Source: Copranaerobaculum intestinale
Lineage (GTDB): Bacteria > Bacillota_I > Bacilli_A > Erysipelotrichales > Erysipelotrichaceae
Assembly (NCBI RefSeq): GCF_009831105.1
Contig: NZ_WUUQ01000007.1
Location: forward strand, 1-32,000
Direction of reading: 5' to 3'
DNA: 32,000 bases
Shown: piece by piece, positions 6,574 through 15,688 of the stretch
Numbering within the stretch: the stretch's first letter is position 1
Layout: every line of letters starts with the position of its first letter
Notes under the pieces: generated by a model
Databases searched by the model: none
What the model was told of the DNA's origin: nothing
Seen by the model: only the letters and a program-made list of their open reading frames with translations
Position numbers and translations under genes: made by a program

Positions 6574-9339
6574 ATGAAGGAACAGATTTGGGAAATCGTA
6601 CGTCAGGCAACCGGAAAGCTGGACGATAAAGCGGCAAATGCAGTAGCGATCAGTCAGCGTATGAATGCGAGCAGAAATGTTGTCTCACAATATCTGAATG
6701 AGTATTACAGTGATGGATTGCTGGTGAAAATCAATACTCGTCCGGTGGTTTTCTTTGATCGGCAGGTTCTGGAGGAGCACTTTGCGGTGAATTTGGAACA
6801 ATCAGAATATACTTCGCTGCATGATCTGCATGAGGATATTGAAAATAGCAGGAATCATGATTTTGAGAATCTGATCGGCTATGATGAATCACTCAGTACC
6901 GTTGTGAATCAATGCCGGGCCACGATATCATATCCTCCGGATGGCCTTCCGCTTTTGTTATATGGTCCCACCGGCACCGGCAAGAGCTTGATTGCGCAGA
7001 CAATGTATGAATATTGTGTTCATCAGGGGCTGGTTGCGGAAGACAAGCAGTTTTTGATTCTGAACTGCAGTGAATATGCCAACAATCCAGAGCTGCTGGC
7101 GGCCAATCTGTTCGGTTATAAAAAGGGTGCCTTTACTGGTGCGGATAAAGATCACCCGGGTCTTTTAAAGCTGGCGGAGGGCGGCGTACTGTTTCTGGAT
7201 GAAGTGCATGCCCTAAAAGCAGATTGTCAGGAAAAGCTGTTTTTATATATGGATAAAGGTATTTACCACATGGTAGGGGATAATGAAAGATGGCATCATT
7301 CGCATGTGCGCCTGCTGTTTGCGACAACCGAGGATCCGCAGAAGGTGCTGTTGAAAACCCTGCTGAGACGCATACCGATGATCGTGACGCTTCCTTCGCT
7401 TCAGGAGCGCGGCGTGCATGAACGAATCCAGCTGATTTATCATTTATTTAAAAAGGAACAGAAACGGCTGGGAAAACGAATTGAATTCAGCAATATTGTC
7501 TATAATGCATTGGTATCCACTATTTTTCCGGGAAACATCGGAGATTTGAAAAACTGTGTGCAGGCCAGCTGTATCAATGCCTATTACAACAGTGATCCTC
7601 AAGGAAGTATCCTGCAAATCCACGCTTACCATCTGCCGGGCAATTTGATCGATATGGAAGAATTGCAGAAACAGAAGGGATTGGATAACCAAGCAGCGAT
7701 GATTCCGCTGGAGGATCTGCGTAAATATATCAATCATGATCGGGGTCAGGTTCATTTAAATAATACAGTATTGGATGCCCATGACCGATTTCATAAAACT
7801 GAAATCAGCTTTGCGGATTTTCTGGATCAAAGTTTTCAGGCACTTACTTCTTATAATGATAATATCATTTATCAAAAGCATGTGAAGCAAAGCTCAGGGT
7901 TTACTTATATCCAGTCAATGCTTCAGCATATCTTTACGATCGTATCCGACCGATATGGCTTTAAGATCAGCAATAATGATCTGTTGACCTTTGCGACCTA
8001 TATTCACGATTATACACGGTACAATTATGAGCTTCGTAACTATTATGAAAGTCGCCGTGAAGCGATAGAACAGCTGCGTGATGATCTCAATGAACATCTG
8101 CACCGAGAATATCTGATCGCAACTGAGCTGGCAGAAAATATCCGCGCCAACGCTGATGTTGATCTGGATGAAATGGCGACGGATGTACTGACGTTATATC
8201 TGAAAAAATTCAATCGCGTTACCGATATGAACAAGCGAATCGGTATTATTGTCGCTCATGGCTACTCGACTGCAAGCAGTATCGCCGATGCGGCCAACCG
8301 TTTGCTTGATCAATATCTTTTTGATGCGCTGGATATGCCCTTGCAGGCAAGTACGCAGGAAATCGTCGCTCAGCTGAATGAGCATCTGCATAAGATCGGC
8401 AACTATGAGGAAATTGTATTACTAGTCGATATGGGATCGCTTGAGGAAATACATAAACAAATTACCTCACAGGCATATGCTAATATCGGCATTATCAATA
8501 ACGTTACGATCAAAATGGCTCTGGAAGTAGGAAATGGCATCCGGCTCGGTGAATCATTGGAAGCGATCTTTACCAAAGTGGAACAGGCAGCTTTGCCGAC
8601 CCATCACATTATTCATTATCACCATAAAGATCCGGTCATTTTATGTTCCTGTGCCAGCGGCTTGGGTACTGCAGAACGGCTGAAGAGCATTCTGGAAGAA
8701 AGCATTCCAAAATCCCTGACCGTGAAAATTTTGACTTATGATTATAATGAATTGATTGAAAAACAGCTGAATGCTTCATTCTTTGACCAATACGAAGTGA
8801 TCTGTATCGTCGGTACACTCAATCCGAATTTAAACGATGTACCGTTTCTACCAATCGAGGATTTGATTATCAATGTATCGCTGGATAAGCTGCATCACTA
8901 TTTCAAGGATTATTTAAGCATTGACGAAATGAAGACCTTTAAGACGAATATCTTAAAGAATTTCTCGTTGACCAATATCATGAATTCCTTAACGATCTTG
9001 AATCCTACTAAGCTTTTGGAACAGGTTGCCACAGCGATTGATGAGCTTCAGCAAATGCTGGATACCTCCTTTTCCAACAATACCTGTGTCGGTATGTATG
9101 TGCATGTCTGCTGTCTGATTGAACGCTTGGTTATGCATCAGGAAATCGACACCTATCCGCATCAGGAAACCTTTATAGTGAAGCATCAGGATTTTATTCA
9201 TTGTGTGAAACAGACATTCCATGCGATCGAAGCCTACTATCGTATCGATATTACCCCTTCGGAAATCGGTTTCCTTTATGACTATGTTGAAAATGATCAT
9301 CCCGGAGTTATTACAGAGTCGGAAGAGAATACACTCTAG
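6574..9339 (+). CDS. LevR-type sigma54-dependent transcriptional activator (HTH, AAA+ sigma54-interaction domain, PRD, EIIA-Man-like, EIIB-Gat-like, PRD)
   Basis: Walker A GPTGTGKS (6964-6987) and sigma54-contact loop GAFTGA (7126-7143). EIIA-like IIVAHGYSTASSIA, EIIB-like VILCSCASGLGTAERLK, and C-terminal PRD-like VHVCCLIERLV. Confidence 0.9.
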   Translation: MKEQIWEIVRQATGKLDDKAANAVAISQRMNASRNVVSQYLNEYYSDGLLVKINTRPVVFFDRQVLEEHFAVNLEQSEYTSLHDLHEDIENSRNHDFENLIGYDESLSTVVNQCRATISYPPDGLPLLLYGPTGTGKSLIAQTMYEYCVHQGLVAEDKQFLILNCSEYANNPELLAANLFGYKKGAFTGADKDHPGLLKLAEGGVLFLDEVHALKADCQEKLFLYMDKGIYHMVGDNERWHHSHVRLLFATTEDPQKVLLKTLLRRIPMIVTLPSLQERGVHERIQLIYHLFKKEQKRLGKRIEFSNIVYNALVSTIFPGNIGDLKNCVQASCINAYYNSDPQGSILQIHAYHLPGNLIDMEELQKQKGLDNQAAMIPLEDLRKYINHDRGQVHLNNTVLDAHDRFHKTEISFADFLDQSFQALTSYNDNIIYQKHVKQSSGFTYIQSMLQHIFTIVSDRYGFKISNNDLLTFATYIHDYTRYNYELRNYYESRREAIEQLRDDLNEHLHREYLIATELAENIRANADVDLDEMATDVLTLYLKKFNRVTDMNKRIGIIVAHGYSTASSIADAANRLLDQYLFDALDMPLQASTQEIVAQLNEHLHKIGNYEEIVLLVDMGSLEEIHKQITSQAYANIGIINNVTIKMALEVGNGIRLGESLEAIFTKVEQAALPTHHIIHYHHKDPVILCSCASGLGTAERLKSILEESIPKSLTVKILTYDYNELIEKQLNASFFDQYEVICIVGTLNPNLNDVPFLPIEDLIINVSLDKLHHYFKDYLSIDEMKTFKTNILKNFSLTNIMNSLTILNPTKLLEQVATAIDELQQMLDTSFSNNTCVGMYVHVCCLIERLVMHQEIDTYPHQETFIVKHQDFIHCVKQTFHAIEAYYRIDITPSEIGFLYDYVENDHPGVITESEENTL

Positions 9340-9370
9340 CGTCGAAAAAATAATCATTAGCGTCGATAAA
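9337..9370 (+). repeat. Direct repeat TAGCGTCGA(A/T)AAA x2 in 21-bp register; candidate upstream activating sequence
   Basis: Copies at 9337-9349 and 9358-9370 (12/13 identical). The first copy starts with the activator's TAG stop codon. They lie 82 and 61 bp upstream of the -24 element. Confidence 0.45.
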
Positions 9371-9386
9371 TTTTATAAATATAAAG

Positions 9387-9414
9387 AAAAGGCCTTATTT
9401 TATCGGCCTTTTTT
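9387..9414 (+). terminator. Probable terminator of activator gene 1
   Basis: AAAAGGCC (9387-9394) / GGCCTTTT (9405-9412), 10-nt loop, T-run to 9414. The GC core is short. Confidence 0.5.
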
Positions 9415-9418
9415 ATAT

Positions 9419-9434
9419 TGGCACGCTTTTTGCT
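9419..9434 (+). promoter_or_regulatory. sigma54 (-24/-12) promoter, module 1
   Basis: TGGCAC-GCTTT-TTGCT matches the consensus TGGCAC-N5-TTGCW perfectly. It sits 29 nt upstream of the EIIA start and downstream of a LevR-type activator gene. Confidence 0.9.
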
Positions 9435-9462
9435 CATAAAATAAGCGAAGGGAGTGAAGACA

Positions 9463-9873
9463 ATGGCAAAACTGGTTCTGGCAAGTCATGGAGCGTTGGC
9501 TCAGGGCATGGCGGACAGTCTGAAGATGATCGTTGGAGAAGGCGCATCAAGGCTGGAAGTCTACTGTCTGCATCCGGGAGAAAATCCCGATGATTATGCC
9601 AAAGCAAAAAAACAGGAAATTGAAGCGAGTAAAGAGACGCATATCTTTGTCGCAGATATACAAGGGGGAAGCGTTCATACCGCACTGATGCAGCTGACAT
9701 CGATCAAAAATGTTTTTGTGATTTCCGGCATGAATATGCCGTTGGTCATGGAATTGATGTTTGCCATACAGGATGATATTCAGGAAACGGACATTATGAC
9801 AATCGTCGAAGGTGCCAGAGCAGGCATTGATTGTAAAAGACTGCAGTGCGTCTGCAGCGATGAGGACTTTTAG
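9463..9873 (+). CDS. PTS mannose-family EIIA component (module 1)
   Basis: MAKLVLASHGALAQGM... with the phospho-His motif SHG. RBS GAAGGGAG lies 7 nt upstream of ATG 9463; the track's GTG 9454 is less likely. Confidence 0.85.
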   Translation: MAKLVLASHGALAQGMADSLKMIVGEGASRLEVYCLHPGENPDDYAKAKKQEIEASKETHIFVADIQGGSVHTALMQLTSIKNVFVISGMNMPLVMELMFAIQDDIQETDIMTIVEGARAGIDCKRLQCVCSDEDF

Positions 9874-9885
9874 GAAGGAGAATAT

Positions 9886-10635
9886 ATGAAAAAGCCATTC
9901 TTATCAATATTCAAACATGAAAAACCGATCTTTGCGATGATTCATTTAAAAGGAGATACCAAGGAAGATATCTTTGAACGGGCGAAGAAAGAAATTGATC
10001 TATATGAACAAGGCGGCGTTGATGCAGTCATCGTTGAAAACTACTTCGGTACATATGATGATATGAAAACCGTTCTTGCTTATCTGAAAGACAATAAGCC
10101 GAATCTGATCTATGGCGTCAACTGTCTGAATGTCGATCCGATGGGATTTTATTTGGCTAAGACCTATCATGCCAGTTTTGTGCAGCTTGACTCGGTTGCC
10201 GGCCATCTAAAACAGCGTGACGAATCAGCATTTAAGGCATTTATGGATATCAGCCGTGCCGATTATGACGGATATGTCATGGGCGGGGTTCGCTTCAAGT
10301 ATCAGCCGTATCTGTCTGAGCGTCCATTGGCGGAGGATCTGAAGATCGGCATGTCAAATTGTGATGCCATTGTGGTTACGCAGGATGCGACCGGACAGGA
10401 AACATCGATGGATAAAATTAACGAATTCCGTTCCCTGATCGGGGATTTCCCATTGGTGATCGGTGCCGGTATGACGCCGGAAAACTGTGAAAAACAGTTT
10501 GCGGTAGCAGACGCGGCAATCGTTGGCAGTTATTTTAAAGATACGTATAAGGATACCGGGGATGTCGATCCAAAACATATTAAAGCAATGATCGACGCAG
10601 TATCAAACATACGCGGGAAAGGAGGAAAGCTATGA
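9886..10635 (+). CDS. BtpA/SgcQ-family TIM-barrel protein (function unknown)
   Basis: Blocks KPIFAMIHLKGD, GGVDAVIVENYFG, GVNCLNVDP, DAIVVTQDATGQETS and IGAGMTPENCEKQFAVADAAIVGSYFK parallel E. coli SgcQ as I remember it. Its stop overlaps the EIIB start (ATGA). Confidence 0.7.
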   Translation: MKKPFLSIFKHEKPIFAMIHLKGDTKEDIFERAKKEIDLYEQGGVDAVIVENYFGTYDDMKTVLAYLKDNKPNLIYGVNCLNVDPMGFYLAKTYHASFVQLDSVAGHLKQRDESAFKAFMDISRADYDGYVMGGVRFKYQPYLSERPLAEDLKIGMSNCDAIVVTQDATGQETSMDKINEFRSLIGDFPLVIGAGMTPENCEKQFAVADAAIVGSYFKDTYKDTGDVDPKHIKAMIDAVSNIRGKGGKL

Positions 10636-11102
10636 TTAAACTGGTTCGAGTAGATCATCGTCTGGTCCACGGACAGGTTGCCTTCTCATGGACGAAGAAT
10701 TTAGAAGCAGACTGTATTTTGATTGCCAGTGATGCGCTGATGAAGGATGAATTGAAAATGGCCGCGATGCGTATGGCGAAGCCAACCGGCATCAAACTGG
10801 TCATGAAAAGCCTGGATGATTCGATCACTGCCTTAAACAGCGGGGTAACAGATAAATATAAATTATTTATCTTATGTGAAAGTATCGCGGATGTCCATTA
10901 TCTGGCGACCCATGTTGACCGTATTCAAAGCATCAATCTGGGCGGCATGAAAGCGGCTGAGGATCGCCGTCAGATTTCCAAAGCGGTATTTGTCAGCGAT
11001 CGGGATGTAGAAATGCTGAAAGAGCTGAATGCCAAAGGAATCGAGCTTGAAGTCCGCTTGGTTCCCAACGATCACAAACAGAATGCAATGGATTTAATTT
11101 AG
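10632..11102 (+). CDS. PTS mannose-family EIIB component (module 1)
   Basis: N-terminal VRVDHRLVHGQV, the phospho-His motif of EIIB-Man. Confidence 0.9.
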   Translation: MIKLVRVDHRLVHGQVAFSWTKNLEADCILIASDALMKDELKMAAMRMAKPTGIKLVMKSLDDSITALNSGVTDKYKLFILCESIADVHYLATHVDRIQSINLGGMKAAEDRRQISKAVFVSDRDVEMLKELNAKGIELEVRLVPNDHKQNAMDLI

Positions 11103-11127
11103 AGGAAAGAAAGAGAGGGAAAAGTTC

Positions 11128-11910
11128 ATGACTGACAATTTATTATTGCAGGCAATTCTCGTCGCACTTGTGGCCTTCTTCGGCTACATGCACAGTTACA
11201 TGGGTTCTACGATGTGGAACCGTCCCATCATTGTTTCAGCGCTGACGGGTCTTGTATTAGGAGATTTAAAAACAGGTATTATGGTAGGCGCTACTTTGGA
11301 ACTGGTCTTCTTAGGAGCCGTTCCGATTGGTGCATCCAATCCCCCGGATATGACTTCCGGTTCCATTATCGGAACAGCGTTTGTCGTATTGGCGCATGAG
11401 CCGGTTGCGGCATCGGTTGCCCTTGCGGTTCCGGTAGCAACGCTGGTATTGTTGTTTGACAATTTACAGATGACCTTCGTATTGACATGGGCTGCACATA
11501 TTGCGGATAAATATGCAGCACAGGGTGATTATAAAAAAGTGGAATGGGTTGCCCGCATTGCCGGTATCGGCAATAAAGTGGTGCTGGCGGTTATCGTCGG
11601 TGTATCCTTCTATCTGGGTATTCCGGTTATCAAAGATGTATTAGCAGTCATTCCGGATTGGATCATTACCGGTATGGACGTAGCTGCAGGTATTATCCCG
11701 GCGATTGGATTTGCGATGCTGGCACGGATGATCGTTACCAAAGAAATGTCCGCATTCCTGCTGGCCGGCTTCTTGGCGGCCGCATATTTGAATATTTCAG
11801 TATTAGGCGTTGCCCTGTTTGGTGTGGTAATCGCCCTGGTCGTATATTACGGTTCAAAGAACAAACAAGCAAATGAAGCGGAGGTGACTGTCGATGACAA
11901 CGAATTCTAA
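11128..11910 (+). CDS. PTS mannose-family EIIC component (module 1)
   Basis: Polytopic membrane protein with ManY-like blocks GATLELVFLGAVPIGAS and AGIIPAIGFAMLARM. Confidence 0.9.
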   Translation: MTDNLLLQAILVALVAFFGYMHSYMGSTMWNRPIIVSALTGLVLGDLKTGIMVGATLELVFLGAVPIGASNPPDMTSGSIIGTAFVVLAHEPVAASVALAVPVATLVLLFDNLQMTFVLTWAAHIADKYAAQGDYKKVEWVARIAGIGNKVVLAVIVGVSFYLGIPVIKDVLAVIPDWIITGMDVAAGIIPAIGFAMLARMIVTKEMSAFLLAGFLAAAYLNISVLGVALFGVVIALVVYYGSKNKQANEAEVTVDDNEF

Positions 11911-12736
11911 AAACACGATATCTCCAGAAAGCAAGATAACAAAGCGCGATTTCTGGAAAGTATTTACAAGATCATGCACCCTGGATTCCGCATGGAACTA
12001 TGAGCGTCAGCAGCATCTCATGTATTGTTACATGATGATTCCGGTACTCAAACGCGTATATGGTGACGATAAAGAAAAGATGGCGGCTGCCCTGCAGCGC
12101 CACATGGAATTTATGGCATGTACACCGCATATCGTAACGCTGCTATGTGGTATTACCGGAGCGATGGAAGAAGAAAACGCGAAGAATCCGAATTTCGATG
12201 CAACCTCAATCAGTGCTGTAAGAACATCGCTGATGGGGCCGATGGCCGGGGTTGGAGATTCCTTCTTCTGGGGTACCCTGCTTACCATTGCCGTAGGTAT
12301 CGGTGTTTCCTTTGCTAAGGAAGGCAGCATTTTAGGACCGATTCTGTTCCTTGCAATTATTAATGTTCCAGGCTTTGCGGCTCGTTTCTACTGCTTGAAA
12401 GCCGGCTTTGGCTATGGCGTTCGCTTCTTTAGTGATATGTCCGCTACCGGTGTGATTGAAAAAATTACCAAAGCTGTTTCAATCGTTGGCTTGATGGCGA
12501 TCGGAGCGATGGTTGCCACCCAGGTAAGCTTCAGTATCACCTATAAGATCGGTGTTGTGAGCGGAGCTGGCGAACCGATTCAGAACTATATCGATCAGAT
12601 CATGCCGGCATTTATGCCATTGGTACTTTTCGGTGTCATGTATTGGCTGTTAGGTAAAAATATCAAAACAACTTGGATTTTAGTTGCGGTCATCATAATC
12701 AGCTGTCTGGGCGTATTCTTAGGCATTTTAGGATAA
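11894..12736 (+). CDS. PTS mannose-family EIID component (module 1)
   Basis: ManZ-like WNYERQQ, RHMEFMACTPH and GDSFFWGT blocks. Overlaps EIIC by 17 nt; RBS GGAGGTGA. Confidence 0.9.
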   Translation: MTTNSKNTISPESKITKRDFWKVFTRSCTLDSAWNYERQQHLMYCYMMIPVLKRVYGDDKEKMAAALQRHMEFMACTPHIVTLLCGITGAMEEENAKNPNFDATSISAVRTSLMGPMAGVGDSFFWGTLLTIAVGIGVSFAKEGSILGPILFLAIINVPGFAARFYCLKAGFGYGVRFFSDMSATGVIEKITKAVSIVGLMAIGAMVATQVSFSITYKIGVVSGAGEPIQNYIDQIMPAFMPLVLFGVMYWLLGKNIKTTWILVAVIIISCLGVFLGILG

Positions 12737-12763
12737 ACAAGTAAACATATCAGTATTTTTAAG

Positions 12764-12795
12764 GCGATATAGGATGAGCTATATCGTCTTTTCCT
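12764..12795 (+). terminator. Intrinsic terminator of module 1
   Basis: CGATATAG (12765-12772) / CTATATCG (12779-12786), 6-nt loop, then TCTTTTCCTTTT. Confidence 0.7.
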
Positions 12796-12805
12796 TTTCT
12801 TGGAA

Positions 12806-12835
12806 TTGACTTTCGGCTGCCTTTTCCACTAAACT
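12806..12835 (+). promoter_or_regulatory. Candidate sigmaA promoter of activator gene 2
   Basis: TTGACT (12806-12811), 18-nt spacer, TAAACT (12830-12835). The -10 is weak. Confidence 0.35.
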
Positions 12836-12857
12836 AAATAATAAAGAGGGCGTACAC

Positions 12858-15557
12858 ATGAAAGAAAAAATTTATGAATATATTTTAGAAGCCAGTAAAT
12901 CGTTAGATGGTGATGCTGCCAGCGCCGGGGTGATCGCTAAAAAACTGTCACTGAGCCGCAGCGTTGTTTCACAATATCTGAATCAAGGGGCAGCAGGGGG
13001 TATGCTGATTAAAGTGAATAGCCGGCCGGTGCTCTTTTTTGATGTGCACACTTTGGAAACCGTGTATGAAACAACGCTGTCGAAGCGGGAGTATGCTTCT
13101 TTTAATGAGCTGACGCAGGAATTGAAGCATACCGAGCTTCAGGATTTTGATAAGCTGATCGGGCACGATGGATCGCTGCGTGATGTGGTCAAGCAATGTA
13201 AGGCAACGATCTCTTATCCGCCCAAGGGACTGCCGGTATTACTCCATGGCCCGACGGGCTCAGGCAAGAGCCTAATTGCGAAAATGATGTATGAATATGC
13301 AGTAAATCATGAATGGATCGATTCAAACTGTAAGTTTGTGACTGTCAACTGCTCTGAATATGCAAATAATCCGGAGCTTTTATCGGCGAATTTGTTCGGC
13401 AGTGTCAAGGGGGCCTATACCGGAGCGGATAAGGATACTCCGGGATTGCTTCAAGCAGCGGAGGGCGGTGTGCTGTTTTTGGATGAGGTACATTGTCTGA
13501 AAGCCGAGTGTCAGGAAAAACTCTTTCTGTTTATGGATCAGGGAATCTATCATATGATGGGCGATAATGAAACTTGGCATCATGGTTCAGTGCGGCTGCT
13601 GTTTGCGACGACTGAGGATCCGGAAAAAGTGCTTCTGAAAACATTGCGGCGAAGAATCGTTATGGTGATCGAACTGCCGTCGCTGGCGGAGCGGGGCATC
13701 CATGAGCGGCTGGAGCTGATACATAAAATGTTCTGCCGGGAAGAAGCAAGAATCAACCGTTCCATTACAATCAGCAATCTAGCCTATAATATTCTGCTTA
13801 CCGCTGACTTCAGCGGAAATATCGGAGAATTGGAAGCATGTATCCAGGCCAGCTGTGTCCAAGCGCTGTTTGAAGCAGCGGATGATCAGTTGGAGATCCA
13901 TGCTCGCCACCTTCCCCCGGCACTGTTGAAAGAACGTCGCGGGAAAGCAGGGAAATCATCAAAAAATAAGCTTCATGCAATGATTAAAATTGATTCACTG
14001 CAGCAAATGGCGGCTTCCAAGCGGCCGCTGATCAAGTTGCTGGAGCATATTCAGGAGGGCTATGAAACAGCAAAGCGAAATGATCCGTCAGAGTGTTTAA
14101 AAGCCATTGAACTGATGATGGAGGATGATTTGGGTACGCTGTTTCATGGTCAGCGTCAGGAGCCTGATGATTATATCCATGCCGGCATACAGGAAATTTG
14201 GGAAAACACGATCCAGCGCTATGGCATTCAGGCACCACCGTTGGATGCCGCCCGTTTGATGATGCTTCAGGAGGGGATTCAAGTAACTTCCGCGCTCACC
14301 TGTTGGTTGTCTTTGAACGATGCTTCCTGGCAGGCGTTTTACGACTATCTGCGTGAGCACATCCATCGTGAACTCAGTATCGCTCAGGAAATAACCGAGC
14401 AGCTGTCAGTAGAGCTCGATCAGCCTATGACAGCAGTGATCCCACCGCTTTTGGCATTGTTTATTCATCATATGAACAATGGGCAGGATATCAGCCGCAG
14501 CGTCGGCATCATCATCGCCCATGGGGAATCAACCGCCAGCAGTATTGCCAATGCGGTCAATCAATTTCTCGGCCGTTATCTCTTTGATGCCATAGATATG
14601 CCAATGGAAGTTTCCACTGCACAGATCATTTTGAAGCTCAATGATTTTTTGGGTAAGATGGGACATTTTGAGGAGCTTGTACTTTTGGTGGATATGGGTT
14701 CCCTGGAGGAAATTCATAAGGGCATTGCCAATCTGCATGCCAATATCGGCATCATGAACAATGTCAACACGCGCATCGCCTTGGAAATCGGCAGTCAGCT
14801 GATGCAGGGAGCAGATATGGAAGCTATTTTTGATACCGTGAGCAGCAATAGTCAATATCACTATCAGATTATTGATAATCGTGATAAGGACAAGGTTATC
14901 ATATGTTCCTGTGCCAGCGGCATCGGCGCTGCTAAGAAGCTGCGGGAGATCATCAGCAGCTCACTTCCTAAGAATATTCCGATCAAGGTGCTTACCTGCG
15001 AATACAGCGATTTATTGCATCGTGAGGAAAACGACCTGTTCAGCCGTTATGATGTAATCTGCATTGTCGGAACGCTGAATCCGAATCTGGAGTACATTCG
15101 GTTTGTGCCGATCGAAGATTTGATCATCAATGAAACAATGGATGAGCTGGATGCTTATTTCGCTGCTTATCTCAATGAAGCTGAATTGAAACAATTTAAA
15201 CAGAATATTTTAAAAAATTTCTCGTTGTCTAATATCATGAACAATCTCACGATTCTCAATCCCAATAAGCTGTTGGAGCATGTTGCGGAGGCATTGGATC
15301 ATCTTCAGATACTGCTGGATGAAACCTTTTCCAATCATACCTGCTTCGGTCTGTACGTGCATATCTGTTGTCTGATCGAACGTTTGGTGACGATGCGGGA
15401 AATAACCGATTACGGCAATAAAGAGACATTTGAAGCGGAGCATCAGGATTTTATCGACCATATTCATCATGCTTTCAATGACGTCGAAGCCTATTATCAT
15501 ATCTCTATCAATGTGGAGGAAATCGGTTATATCTATGATTACATTCGCAATAATTAG
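12858..15557 (+). CDS. LevR-type sigma54-dependent transcriptional activator, paralog 2
   Basis: Collinear with the 6574-9339 product. Has GPTGSGKS, a GAYTGA variant of the sigma54 loop, IIIAHGESTASSIA, VIICSCASGIGAAKKLR and VHICCLIERLV. By eye it is well above half identical to paralog 1 in the conserved blocks. Confidence 0.9.
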   Translation: MKEKIYEYILEASKSLDGDAASAGVIAKKLSLSRSVVSQYLNQGAAGGMLIKVNSRPVLFFDVHTLETVYETTLSKREYASFNELTQELKHTELQDFDKLIGHDGSLRDVVKQCKATISYPPKGLPVLLHGPTGSGKSLIAKMMYEYAVNHEWIDSNCKFVTVNCSEYANNPELLSANLFGSVKGAYTGADKDTPGLLQAAEGGVLFLDEVHCLKAECQEKLFLFMDQGIYHMMGDNETWHHGSVRLLFATTEDPEKVLLKTLRRRIVMVIELPSLAERGIHERLELIHKMFCREEARINRSITISNLAYNILLTADFSGNIGELEACIQASCVQALFEAADDQLEIHARHLPPALLKERRGKAGKSSKNKLHAMIKIDSLQQMAASKRPLIKLLEHIQEGYETAKRNDPSECLKAIELMMEDDLGTLFHGQRQEPDDYIHAGIQEIWENTIQRYGIQAPPLDAARLMMLQEGIQVTSALTCWLSLNDASWQAFYDYLREHIHRELSIAQEITEQLSVELDQPMTAVIPPLLALFIHHMNNGQDISRSVGIIIAHGESTASSIANAVNQFLGRYLFDAIDMPMEVSTAQIILKLNDFLGKMGHFEELVLLVDMGSLEEIHKGIANLHANIGIMNNVNTRIALEIGSQLMQGADMEAIFDTVSSNSQYHYQIIDNRDKDKVIICSCASGIGAAKKLREIISSSLPKNIPIKVLTCEYSDLLHREENDLFSRYDVICIVGTLNPNLEYIRFVPIEDLIINETMDELDAYFAAYLNEAELKQFKQNILKNFSLSNIMNNLTILNPNKLLEHVAEALDHLQILLDETFSNHTCFGLYVHICCLIERLVTMREITDYGNKETFEAEHQDFIDHIHHAFNDVEAYYHISINVEEIGYIYDYIRNN

Positions 15558-15587
15558 TGTTGAAACAGTATCAATAGTGTTCAAAAA
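15555..15587 (+). repeat. Direct repeat TAGTGTT(G/C)AAA x2 in 20-bp register; candidate UAS of module 2
   Basis: Copies at 15555-15567 and 15575-15587. The first again begins with the activator's TAG stop codon. An inverted third copy TTCAACACT lies at 15633-15641, next to the -24 box. Confidence 0.45.
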
Positions 15588-15645
15588 AGTGATTTTGTGT
15601 AGCAATACAATGAGAAAAGCGTGTTTTATCCATTCAACACTGGAT

Positions 15646-15661
15646 TGGCACGCTTTTTGCT
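15646..15661 (+). promoter_or_regulatory. sigma54 (-24/-12) promoter, module 2
   Basis: TGGCAC-GCTTT-TTGCT. The 18 nt ATTGGCACGCTTTTTGCT are identical to 9417-9434. Confidence 0.9.
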
Positions 15662-15688
15662 TTAATAAGTGTGAGAGGAGGGAATGAA

